Assembly: GCA_038202795.1 (NCBI GenBank)
Contig: JBBREQ010000002.1
Location: 1-49,119, forward strand
Length of the DNA stretch: 49,119 bases
Direction: 5' to 3'
Origin: Coriobacteriia bacterium
Lineage (GTDB): Bacteria > Actinomycetota > Coriobacteriia > Anaerosomatales > PHET01
The first letter of the stretch is position 1. Each line of letters begins with the position of its first letter. A program made the translations under genes and the position numbers. Below the pieces are notes generated by a model. That model had not been told where the DNA came from, searched no databases, and saw only the letters and a list, made by a program, of their open reading frames with translations. Below are positions 1-9,275 of the stretch, piece by piece.

Positions 1-189
1 GCGCACGACCGTGGGTGAGGATTCCTCGGATGGCGCAGTCGCAGGTACGGTAGTCGCTGGGACGGGCGGCTGCTCTGTCCCTGAAGACGCGAATGCCGGT
101 CCCGCTTGGAGAACCGGACCGGCAATCAGAACGGACGCGAGAAGCGTGGAACAGACACGGCCCCATGCGGAGCAAGGAATCCCTCTCAT
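1..189 (-). CDS. Possible 5' end of a secreted/surface protein gene running off the left edge (partial)
   Basis: Minus-strand ATG at 189-187 with GGGGG 7 nt upstream. The frame stays open for 63 codons to position 1. It reads MRGIPCSAWGRVCSTLLASVLIAGPVLQAGPAFA/SSGTEQPPVPATTVPATAPSEE: signal-peptide-like, then a Pro/Thr-rich stretch. Absent from the ORF track because it has no stop in the window. Third-position GC is only moderate. Confidence 0.3.
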   Translation of the reverse strand, partial: MRGIPCSAWGRVCSTLLASVLIAGPVLQAGPAFASSGTEQPPVPATTVPATAPSEESSPTVVR

Positions 190-228
190 CGCACAACCCC
201 CTGTTGCAGATCCTGATAGATAATCCGC

Positions 229-259
229 AACCTAGCAGCATACCCCCCCCCGGTGTCAA
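229..259 (-). promoter_or_regulatory. Putative promoter TTGACA-N19-TAGGTT with a G9 homopolymer in the spacer
   Basis: Minus-strand reading: TTGACA (259-254) cc GGGGGGGGG (251-243) tatgctgc TAGGTT (234-229). An RBS and the ATG at 189 follow about 30 nt downstream. Motif match only. Confidence 0.3.
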
Positions 260-303
260 TCTCCGCGCTCCCGATGTGAGTGCACCGCCAACCGAATCGC
301 GCA

Positions 304-334
304 AGAGGGCCCCGGCACACTGCCGGGGCCCTCT
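304..334 (-). terminator. Stem-loop terminator downstream of groEL
   Basis: Perfect 14-bp inverted repeat AGAGGGCCCCGGCA / TGCCGGGGCCCTCT with a 3-nt loop, 38 nt after the groEL stop. There is only a weak U-tract, as is common in GC-rich genomes. Confidence 0.7.
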
Positions 335-371
335 GTGCGAGCAGCCTTCTGGTTGCAGCGTAGCCCGCTGG

Positions 372-2018
<1,647 letters not shown>

Positions 2019-2061
2019 TCATGCGATCAGGGATTGGGGCAAAGCGGTCTTCTCGGCTGAA

Positions 2062-2355
2062 CTAGCCCTCGACCACTGCGTAGATATCGTCGGCGCGAAG
2101 GATGATGTACTCGTCGCCCTCGACCTTGACCTCGGTTCCGCCGTACTTGCTGTAGATGACGGTGTCGCCGGCCTTGACGTCGAGTGCGATGCGCTTCTCG
2201 CCGTCCTCGTCCCACTTGCCCTCGCCCACCGCGATGACGGTGCCCTTCTGGGGCTTCTCCTTGGCGGTGTCGGCGAGGATGAGGCCTGACTTGGTCTGAG
2301 TCTCGGCCTCGGCCTGCTTCACGATCACGCGATCGCCCAGCGGCTTCAGATTCAT
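2062..2355 (-). CDS. groES: Co-chaperonin GroES (Cpn10)
   Basis: 97 aa from the ATG at 2355 ([44 protein letters not shown]...), with GAGGAGGG RBS just upstream. The 390-aa track ORF is a read-through artefact. Confidence 0.97.
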   Translation of the reverse strand: MNLKPLGDRVIVKQAEAETQTKSGLILADTAKEKPQKGTVIAVGEGKWDEDGEKRIALDVKAGDTVIYSKYGGTEVKVEGDEYIILRADDIYAVVEG

Positions 2356-2495
2356 TGACGTCCCTCCTCTTTCTGTTGCGTTACGGACATCCGGACACGC
2401 GTCCGGGCGTTTCCTGACTTTGCTCGCGGCGCAGAAGCGCGCTTCAGAGTTATACCCACTGACTCCGAGAACGTGCGCGTCTAACCTCGAGAGTG

Positions 2496-2522
2496 CTGGC
2501 ACTCGGCACACCTGAGTGCCAA
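2496..2522 (-). promoter_or_regulatory. CIRCE operator (HrcA binding site) in the groES leader
   Basis: Minus strand reads TTGGCACTC-N9-GAGTGCCAG, matching the CIRCE consensus TTAGCACTC-N9-GAGTGCTAA. It lies about 12 nt downstream of a candidate -10. Confidence 0.8.
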
Positions 2523-2533
2523 CCGCCTTACGC

Positions 2534-2563
2534 AGTGTAGCCACAACGGCACAACAGAGGCAA
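2534..2563 (-). promoter_or_regulatory. Candidate groESL promoter (TTGCCT-N18-TACACT)
   Basis: Minus strand: TTGCCT (2563-2558), 18-nt spacer, TACACT (2539-2534), immediately upstream of CIRCE. Motif match only. Confidence 0.4.
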
Positions 2564-2663
2564 GGGGCGACTCGTGGGAAATCGGTAAAATCTAAGTGCT
2601 TCGGACTCAGATAGTTGGCCGAGAAGACCGCGATCCCCCTCGCGCGCCGCCCCCCGAGTGCGG

Positions 2664-4187
2664 CTACACCGTGTCGAGCCGCAGCCCAGGAACGGCATCC
2701 GCCTCGAGGCCCAGAGCCTCGCCGTTGCGGTAGCGGTGGTAGGCCGCCGCCGCGATCATCGCCGCGTTGTCCGTGCAGAGGTTGAGGGGCGGCACGCTCA
2801 CATGGACCCCCAGCGGCTCGATCGCGGCGCGCAACGCCTCGCGAAGTGCCGGGTTGGCGGCTACTCCCCCGCCCAGGCAAAACACCCGCGCGCCCGTCTC
2901 GGTCACCGCGCGAGCCGCCTTGGCCACCTGCACGTCGATGACGGCGGCCTGGAAGCTCGCGGCCAAATCGGGCACATCGATCTCTCGACCCGCCTGCTGC
3001 TCGTGGCGGATGTGGTTGATCACGGCCGTCTTGAGCCCCGAGAGTGAGAACTGGTAGTCGCCGCTGCGCATCATCGCACGCGGGAAGTCGATGGCCGCAG
3101 GGTCGCCGTCCGCCGCCAGGCGCGACAGGATCGGCCCGCCGGGATAGCCCAGCCCCAGCACCTTGGCTACTTTGTCGAACGCCTCGCCGGCCGCATCGTC
3201 GAGCGTCTCGCCCATCGTCTTGTACACGCCCCACTCGGGCATGTGCACCAGTGACGTGTGTCCGCCGCTGACGAGCAGCGCCACGAGCGGCGGGCGCACC
3301 TGCTCGTCGGCGAGCACGTTGGCGAAGATGTGGCCTTCGAGGTGGTTGACACCCACCAGCGGCAGCCCGGTAGCCATCGCCAGCCCCTTCGCGTACGCAA
3401 GCCCCACCACGAGCGCACCCACGAGCCCGGGCCCGTACGTGACCGCGATCGCATCGACTGCCGAGAAGGACAGCGGCTCGGACCCGGCGGGCGCGTGCTC
3501 ATCGCCCAGGGCGCGCAGAGAATCCCCCGCCTCCTGCATCGCCTGGGCGACCACGTCGACGATCGCCTCGGTGTGCTTGCGGCTCGCGATCTCAGGCACG
3601 ACCCCGCCGAACCGCGCATGAAAGTCGATCTGGCTCGCGACCACGTCGGCGAGCAGTTCTCGCTTGCCACGCATCACGGCGGCGGCGGTCTCGTCGCAGG
3701 AAGTCTCGATCGCCAGGATGATCGGGGGGTTGTTGGCAGACAGAGGGCTCAGCTCTCCCCACATGACGAGCGCGTCTTCGCCCGTCTCGGCATAGTAGCC
3801 GGGCCGCACGCCCACGGCCCGCATGCCCGCGGATTCGTAGAGGGCGACGGCAGGTGCGTTGGCGGGCCGGACCTCGAGTGTCATGCGCGTGGCACCGGAC
3901 TCCCGCAGCCGGCCCATCAGTGTGCTCAGCAGCGTGCGCCCGATTCCATGGCCGCGTGCATCCTCGCGCACGGCGATGTTGAGCAGGTGCGCCTCGTCGT
4001 CGAGCACCCATCCGCCGGCATAGCCCACAAACTCCCCGTCGCGCTCGGCGCCGACCCAGTGCCTCCCCCGCGCGGCGAGGTCCTCGGCGAAGAGCTGCTC
4101 GGACCACGGCGCATCGAACGTGATGGCCTCGATCGCAGCTGCCGCCGGCAGATCGGCGACGGTCATCGCACGGATGAGCGGCTTCAC
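2664..4187 (-). CDS. tsaD: Fusion protein: RimI-type N-acetyltransferase (N-terminal ~145 aa) + tRNA N6-adenosine threonylcarbamoyltransferase TsaD
   Basis: 507 aa in one uninterrupted frame. The N-terminus has a GNAT motif ([20 protein letters not shown]). A linker [11 protein letters not shown] follows, then [15 protein letters not shown]...GVNHLEGH...SGGHT (Kae1/TsaD hallmarks). GTG start at 4187 overlaps the tsaB stop (GTGA). Confidence 0.9.
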   Translation of the reverse strand: MKPLIRAMTVADLPAAAAIEAITFDAPWSEQLFAEDLAARGRHWVGAERDGEFVGYAGGWVLDDEAHLLNIAVREDARGHGIGRTLLSTLMGRLRESGATRMTLEVRPANAPAVALYESAGMRAVGVRPGYYAETGEDALVMWGELSPLSANNPPIILAIETSCDETAAAVMRGKRELLADVVASQIDFHARFGGVVPEIASRKHTEAIVDVVAQAMQEAGDSLRALGDEHAPAGSEPLSFSAVDAIAVTYGPGLVGALVVGLAYAKGLAMATGLPLVGVNHLEGHIFANVLADEQVRPPLVALLVSGGHTSLVHMPEWGVYKTMGETLDDAAGEAFDKVAKVLGLGYPGGPILSRLAADGDPAAIDFPRAMMRSGDYQFSLSGLKTAVINHIRHEQQAGREIDVPDLAASFQAAVIDVQVAKAARAVTETGARVFCLGGGVAANPALREALRAAIEPLGVHVSVPPLNLCTDNAAMIAAAAYHRYRNGEALGLEADAVPGLRLDTV

Positions 4188-4975
4188 GCGCGCTCACCGC
4201 CGCCCACGACGCCACTGTCCGGCAGCGCCGACTCTAACCCCGCTCGGGCACGCTCGTTCTCCTCGGCGTCGGACAGGCGCGTGTAGATGGGCAGCACTGC
4301 TCCGGCATCGCCTCGCTCCAGAGAGCCGGCGACGCCTGCTTCGAGGCCGGCGAGGGCTGCGAACAGTCCCGCCCCCGCCGGCCACCACGTCGCTTCGTCC
4401 GCGAACACAGCGCCGGTCCCCAGAGCCGCCGAGAAGACCTCACGGTACTTGGCGAGTCCGTTGCCGCACAGCAGCACCGGCTCGTCGGTCTCGCTGGCCC
4501 ACTGCTCCGCTGCGAGGGCCGGCTTGGCCACGCGGTCGGGTGTCAGACGCAGCGCGCGTGCTCCTTCGCACCGAAACAGCGCCGGGTAGACCTCGCCCCG
4601 CATCGCGTCGCCCACTATCCCGACAAGTCCCTCACGCCCCGCCCCCGCGAGCTGCCACGCCAGCGCATCGAGCGTACCCACACCCACGAGCGGTACGCCC
4701 AGCCCCTGCGCGAGCCCCTTCGCGGTCGCCACGCCGATGCGCACCCCCGTGAACGATCCGGGTCCTCGGCCCACCACCACGCCGCGCACGTCGCTGATGC
4801 GCTCGCCCGCGCGCTCAAGTGCACCGGCAAGCGTGCTCAGGAGTATCGTGTTCGCGCGCCTTGGCGCGACCGCGCTACCCGACTCGAACGCATCCAGCAC
4901 CACCCCGTCGAAGCGCCCTACGCCGAAGCCCACGGCCTCGGTGGCAGTGTCGAGCGCTATCAGCAGCCGGCTCAT
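4184..4975 (-). CDS. tsaB: tRNA threonylcarbamoyladenosine biosynthesis protein TsaB
   Basis: MSRLLIALDTATEAVGFGVG... (YeaZ/TsaB N-terminus). The ATG at 4975 overlaps the tsaE stop (ATGA). The longer track ORF starting at 5017 is unlikely. Confidence 0.88.
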   Translation of the reverse strand: MSRLLIALDTATEAVGFGVGRFDGVVLDAFESGSAVAPRRANTILLSTLAGALERAGERISDVRGVVVGRGPGSFTGVRIGVATAKGLAQGLGVPLVGVGTLDALAWQLAGAGREGLVGIVGDAMRGEVYPALFRCEGARALRLTPDRVAKPALAAEQWASETDEPVLLCGNGLAKYREVFSAALGTGAVFADEATWWPAGAGLFAALAGLEAGVAGSLERGDAGAVLPIYTRLSDAEENERARAGLESALPDSGVVGGGERA

Positions 4976-5475
4976 CGCCCCATCTCCACGACTGATACGC
5001 CCTCGATCTGGTCGCACTCAGTAGCCCACAGGCCCGAGAGTGTCGCCCCGCGTGGGCCCAGCGGCCGCAGGTCGATGCGGCGCTTTACGTCGTCCTCGAT
5101 GCACAGCGTCACAGACACCCCGTCAAGCGGTGCAGCCTCGGCGAAACGGTCGCCCCACTCCACGACGGACACGCCATCGGCCTCAAGCGTCGCGTAGTAG
5201 TCGAGGTCCTCGAGTTGCCATGCGTGGTCGAGACGGTACAGATCGAAGTGATACAGCGGCAGGCGCCCTTCGTGGACAAGCAGGATGTTGAACGTCGGAC
5301 TGGTGACCGGCTCCGCCACGCCCAGACCCCACGCGATGCCCTTGGTGAGCTGCGTCTTGCCCGCGCCCAGATCCCCCGACAGCAGCAGCACGTCCCCCAC
5401 ACCCAGCAGCGGCGCCAGCACGCGGCCGCAGAGTGCGGTCTGCTCGGCCGAGAAGGTCTGGATCGACCAGGCCAT
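4972..5475 (-). CDS. tsaE: tRNA t6A ATPase TsaE
   Basis: 167 aa from the ATG at 5475 (MAWSIQTF...). Walker A LSGDLGAGKTQLTKG, SPTFNIL, HFDLYRL motifs. The track ORF's upstream 111 codons overlap udg. Confidence 0.9.
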   Translation of the reverse strand: MAWSIQTFSAEQTALCGRVLAPLLGVGDVLLLSGDLGAGKTQLTKGIAWGLGVAEPVTSPTFNILLVHEGRLPLYHFDLYRLDHAWQLEDLDYYATLEADGVSVVEWGDRFAEAAPLDGVSVTLCIEDDVKRRIDLRPLGPRGATLSGLWATECDQIEGVSVVEMGR

Positions 5476-6083
5476 CAGGACGATTCCTCCTCTTGTGGCG
5501 GGTTTGCGGGCCCCGCGCTCAGGAGTTCGCCCAGCCGCACGAAATCGGCTATGAGCACATCGCGCTTGGCGCGGTCGTAGATCGCTGCTGCCGGATGAAA
5601 TATCGGCAGCACGGTGAACCGGCCCGCCTGCCTTGTGGTGCCCCGCAGACTCGTGATGCCCGCAGGTGTCTTGAGGACGAACCGCGTGGCGAAGTTGCCC
5701 AGCGTGACGAGAATCTCGGGGTTCACGAGCCGAATCTGCTCGCGAAGAAACGGTGTGCACGTCTCGACCTCCACCGCCTGGGGGTCGCGGTTGCCGGGCG
5801 GACGGCACTTGAGCACGTTAGCGATGTAGACCTCCTCGCGCGTCAGACCGGCATGCTGGAGGAGTTCGTCGAGGAACCGCCCCGCGGCACCCACGAACGG
5901 TTCGCCACGCAGGTCCTCGTTTTTTCCCGGCGCCTCGCCGATGAGCATGACGCGGGCATGTGGATCCCCCACCCCCAGCACGAGGCACGTCCGCGTGGAT
6001 CCCAGCTCGCAACGGTGACAGTCTCCGATAAGGTCGCGAAGCTCGACCAGACTCTCGCACCCCAGTCCGTCCACAACTCCCAC
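5475..6083 (-). CDS. udg: Uracil-DNA glycosylase, family 4
   Basis: 202 aa. CHRCEL cysteine motif, GEAPGKNED (motif A) and FHPAAAIY (motif B), as in family-4 Fe-S UDGs. Its stop overlaps the tsaE ATG. Confidence 0.85.
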   Translation of the reverse strand: MGVVDGLGCESLVELRDLIGDCHRCELGSTRTCLVLGVGDPHARVMLIGEAPGKNEDLRGEPFVGAAGRFLDELLQHAGLTREEVYIANVLKCRPPGNRDPQAVEVETCTPFLREQIRLVNPEILVTLGNFATRFVLKTPAGITSLRGTTRQAGRFTVLPIFHPAAAIYDRAKRDVLIADFVRLGELLSAGPANPPQEEESS

Positions 6084-6088
6084 TTTCC

Positions 6089-6604
6089 CTACAGCCAGGT
6101 GGCGACTTCGGCCAGCGGCCTGCGCGCCGGCTTGCCGGCGGACTCTGCCGAGTGACCCACCGGGATCAACGCGACCGGCGTGATCGGAGCGCTGAGGTTC
6201 AGTGCCTCGCGAACCGCAGTCTCGTTAAACGCACCGATCCAGCATGCAGCAAGTCCGCGATCGACGGCCGCGAGCAAGATGTTCTCGGCAGCTGCGGCGG
6301 TGTCTTGGAGGGCGTAGAGGTACTCCCCGCGATCGCCGTAGCGCGCGGCACACGGTCGGGGATCGACGGACACGGCGATGATCGCCGGCGCGCCGGTGGC
6401 CCAACGCTGGTGCAACGCCGCCGCGAGACGCTCGCGCGCCTGAAGCGACTTGACCACGGTGAAACGCCACGGCTGGATGTTGCCGGCGGTTGGGGCAGTG
6501 ACCGCTGCTTCCAGCAGTGCGTTGATGTCCTCGTCGGACACATCGAGCTTGGCGTTGAAGTGACGGACGCTGCGCCGCCGGGCAATGACTTCCGAGAACT
6601 CCAT
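6089..6604 (-). CDS. Nitroreductase-family protein
   Basis: 171 aa from the ATG at 6604 (MEFSEVIARRRSVRHFNAKL...AAVTAPTAGNIQPWRF), a typical FMN nitroreductase N-terminus. Ends 5 nt before the udg start. Confidence 0.8.
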   Translation of the reverse strand: MEFSEVIARRRSVRHFNAKLDVSDEDINALLEAAVTAPTAGNIQPWRFTVVKSLQARERLAAALHQRWATGAPAIIAVSVDPRPCAARYGDRGEYLYALQDTAAAAENILLAAVDRGLAACWIGAFNETAVREALNLSAPITPVALIPVGHSAESAGKPARRPLAEVATWL

Positions 6605-6736
6605 TGAATCCCTCACACGAGAATCGTCAGCGCATCTCGCCGACACGTCACGGACCAGATACGCATTCTAGACCAAGCGCCGTAGCAGGGTCGCGAACTC
6701 ACACGTCGAAGATGTACACCAAGGAGGTGCGTTCAG

Positions 6737-7078
6737 ATGCACGATACCCGCTCAAAGACTCCCGACGAAGACATCGGCATCCGCGCATTCGAGACCAGGA
6801 AGGCGCGTGCGGTCGAGGTGGCCGCCGGCAGAATGCGCCACGGTCTGGGCGACTCGTGGCAGCAGCTTTCGACGCAGCAGATCGAGGAGCTGCGCTGGGT
6901 GCTCGGTGAACTGTGGGCCTACGTTGCTCACGACGTGTGGGAGGAGCTGCATTTCGGCCTGCTCACTCTCGACGAGACCCACCGGCTCATCGAGAGAGGC
7001 GTCCAGATTCGCCGACACGAGCGCCCGCCCGTGGAGCTGCTCGATCAGATCACTCAGCTGGTGAGCTCGAAGGGCTGA
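6737..7078 (+). CDS. Hypothetical protein (113 aa), no family recognised
   Basis: ATG preceded by AAGGAGG 8 nt upstream. Third codon positions are strongly G/C, like real genes in this window. The sequence looks helical and is Trp/Glu/Leu-rich. It is one of only two plus-strand genes. Confidence 0.65.
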   Translation: MHDTRSKTPDEDIGIRAFETRKARAVEVAAGRMRHGLGDSWQQLSTQQIEELRWVLGELWAYVAHDVWEELHFGLLTLDETHRLIERGVQIRRHERPPVELLDQITQLVSSKG

Positions 7079-7095
7079 CTTGAGTGCGCCGCCGA

Positions 7096-7740
7096 TCAGG
7101 ACCGCAGTGACTTCTTGCGCTCTATCTTCTTCTTGACCTTCTTGAGCCGGAACAGGTCCTCGCGCGCTCTTTCGTCGAGGGTTTGCCTGATGTAGGCGAC
7201 CTGCTCGGTCAGGGTGGGCAGCGTCACCTGTTCGAGCGCATTGACCCGACGGCTGGTCTTCTGGATCTCCTCGCCCACCCGCCTCAGCCGGGTCTCGCGT
7301 CCCGCATAGTCGATCAGACCATCCAGCATCAGCTCGAACCGCTCCGCCGTGTGATCGACCCGCGAGGACACTCCCACCACTGAGTACCCGCGCGCGAGCG
7401 GACCGCGAATCGTCGAAGCCACCTTGGTCAGGACGGGTACCGGAACCCCCATGATCTTGACGCCGCCAACCTCGACGGTCACGACTCCCCGGCCCGCCAT
7501 CGACGCAGAGCGCACGGCAACAAGACCGTCGACCGCTCGCGCGATCGTGAGCGCATACTGCGCTTCGGCAGTGTGAGTCTCGAGCTGTCGAGCCAGCTCC
7601 ATGGTCTCGTCCACGGAGTCCATGAACTCCACGAGTAGCGCATCGCGCTTGCGCTTGAGCAAGTCCATGCCCTGGCGAGCAAGCTGAATCTGCGTTCTGC
7701 GCTCAAGGAGTTCAGAGCGTGTAGGTCGGACCTCTTCCAC
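7096..7740 (-). CDS. atpD: V/A-type ATP synthase subunit D
   Basis: 214 aa: PTRSELLERR...LLKRKRDALLVEF...RRVNALE, with a basic C-terminus. Last gene of the ATPase operon. Confidence 0.9.
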   Translation of the reverse strand: MEEVRPTRSELLERRTQIQLARQGMDLLKRKRDALLVEFMDSVDETMELARQLETHTAEAQYALTIARAVDGLVAVRSASMAGRGVVTVEVGGVKIMGVPVPVLTKVASTIRGPLARGYSVVGVSSRVDHTAERFELMLDGLIDYAGRETRLRRVGEEIQKTSRRVNALEQVTLPTLTEQVAYIRQTLDERAREDLFRLKKVKKKIERKKSLRS

Positions 7741-7763
7741 GGCGTGCCTCCCGCCCCGTCGCC

Positions 7764-9275
7764 TTACCCGGCCGCAATCGCGTCGGCGTCGCCGCTCTGC
7801 AACACGCCCCCACCCTCGGCAAGCGGGGTGAAGGCCTCGCCCGTGGCAACCGCGCCCTCCGCCTCGGCTATCTCTGCTTGGGTCTCCGGCAGATACGACA
7901 GGAAATCGCGAACGCGCTTGAGCTCACTGGCGGGCAGCCCGGCCAGCATCTCCCAGGCGATGGTGAGCGACTCCTCGATGGTGCGCCCCTCATCCCCTTG
8001 ACCCACGATGCGCTTCTCGAACTCATCGGCGAAGCGCAGATAGCGCCGGTCGATGTCGGAAAGCGCCTCCTCGCCTACGATCGCCACCAGTCGGCGCAGG
8101 TCGCGTCCTTGCGCGTACGCCGCGTAGAGCTGGTTGGCTACCGCCCGGTGGTCCTCCCGCGTCTTGCCCTCGCCGATTCCCAAGTTCATCAGGCGCGAAA
8201 GGCACGGCAGTACGTCGATAGGCGGGAATACGCCCCGACGATGCAGGTGCCGCGAGAGCACGATCTGACCCTCGGTGATGTAGCCCGTGAGATCGGGAAT
8301 CGGGTGCGTGATGTCGTCGTCGGGCATCGTGAGAATCGGAATCTGCGTCACCGAGCCCACGCGACCCTTGATGCGCCCCGCGCGCTCGTAGATGCTCGAG
8401 AGGTCGGTGTACATGTAGCCGGGATAGCCGCGGCGGCCCGGCACCTCTTCGCGGGCCGTGGACACTTCGCGCAGCGCCTCGCAGTAGTTCGTCATGTCCG
8501 AGAGGACCACGAGCACCTGCATATCCTTCTCGTAGGCAAGGTACTCGGCCACGGTCAGCGCACACCGAGGCGTCAGCAATCTCTCCACGGTGGGGTCATC
8601 GGCCAAGTTGAGGAAGAATACGACCCGCTCAAGCGCCCCTGTGCTCTCGAACTGCGACATGAAGTAGCTCGCCTCGCGGTGCGTGATGCCCATCGCACCG
8701 AACACGACGGCGAACTGCTCACCCGTGGTGACGCGCGACTGCCGCACGATCTGCGCTGTGAGCTCGTTGGCAGGGAGGCCTGATCCCGAGAAGACCGGAA
8801 GCTTCTGGCCCCGTACCAGCGTGTTGAGCAGGTCGATCGCCGAGATTCCCGTCTCGATGAAGTCGGCGGGCTTCTCTCGGCTGTAGGGGTTTATCGGAGA
8901 GCCGTTGATGTCGAGGCGCACCTCTTCACGCACGGGCGGCCGACCGTCGATGGGGCGACCGGCGCCGTCGAGCACGCGTCCCAGCATCTCCTCGGAAACG
9001 CCGATGCGGGCGACCTCGCCCAGGAACCGGACACTGGTGCGGTCGATGTCGATACCACTCGTACCCTCGAATACCTGCACGACCGCGGAGCCCTGGGAGA
9101 CTTCGAGTATCTGTCCCGTGCGCAGCGTGCCGTCGGCCAACGTGACAGCGACCATCTCGTTGTAGGAAGCGCCCTCGACACCCGAGACGAACAGCAGCGG
9201 GCCCGCCACCGAATCGATCGTCCGATACTCGGTCGTCAGCAGCTGTGCGCCATCCTTGAGCAGCTCGTTGTTCAT
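7764..9275 (-). CDS. atpB: V/A-type ATP synthase subunit B (non-catalytic), with ~39-aa Ala/Glu/Gly-rich C-terminal tail
   Basis: 503 aa, B-subunit-like throughout ([49 protein letters not shown]). Lacks a Walker A GKT. Confidence 0.95.
   Translation of the reverse strand: MNNELLKDGAQLLTTEYRTIDSVAGPLLFVSGVEGASYNEMVAVTLADGTLRTGQILEVSQGSAVVQVFEGTSGIDIDRTSVRFLGEVARIGVSEEMLGRVLDGAGRPIDGRPPVREEVRLDINGSPINPYSREKPADFIETGISAIDLLNTLVRGQKLPVFSGSGLPANELTAQIVRQSRVTTGEQFAVVFGAMGITHREASYFMSQFESTGALERVVFFLNLADDPTVERLLTPRCALTVAEYLAYEKDMQVLVVLSDMTNYCEALREVSTAREEVPGRRGYPGYMYTDLSSIYERAGRIKGRVGSVTQIPILTMPDDDITHPIPDLTGYITEGQIVLSRHLHRRGVFPPIDVLPCLSRLMNLGIGEGKTREDHRAVANQLYAAYAQGRDLRRLVAIVGEEALSDIDRRYLRFADEFEKRIVGQGDEGRTIEESLTIAWEMLAGLPASELKRVRDFLSYLPETQAEIAEAEGAVATGEAFTPLAEGGGVLQSGDADAIAAG

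Noticed and set aside
11-223. 70-aa plus-strand ORF at the left edge (possibly the 3' end of a gene entering from the left). A 55-codon minus-strand frame also starts at the ATG at 167.
   Set aside because: Third-position GC is low or only moderate, the sequence is not protein-like, and neither has an RBS. The signal-peptide-like minus frame from ATG 189 is the better, though still weak, candidate.
2356-3234. Upstream 293 codons of the 390-aa ORF that ends as GroES
   Set aside because: They run through the groES promoter and CIRCE region and then overlap tsaD in another frame. GroES clearly starts at MNLKPLGDR with its own RBS.
6605-6736. Possible divergent promoters (a TAGAAT -10 on the minus strand at 6665-6670) between the nitroreductase gene and the orphan ORF
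   Set aside because: Only a -10-like hexamer without a convincing -35 or extended -10. This is too weak to report as a feature.
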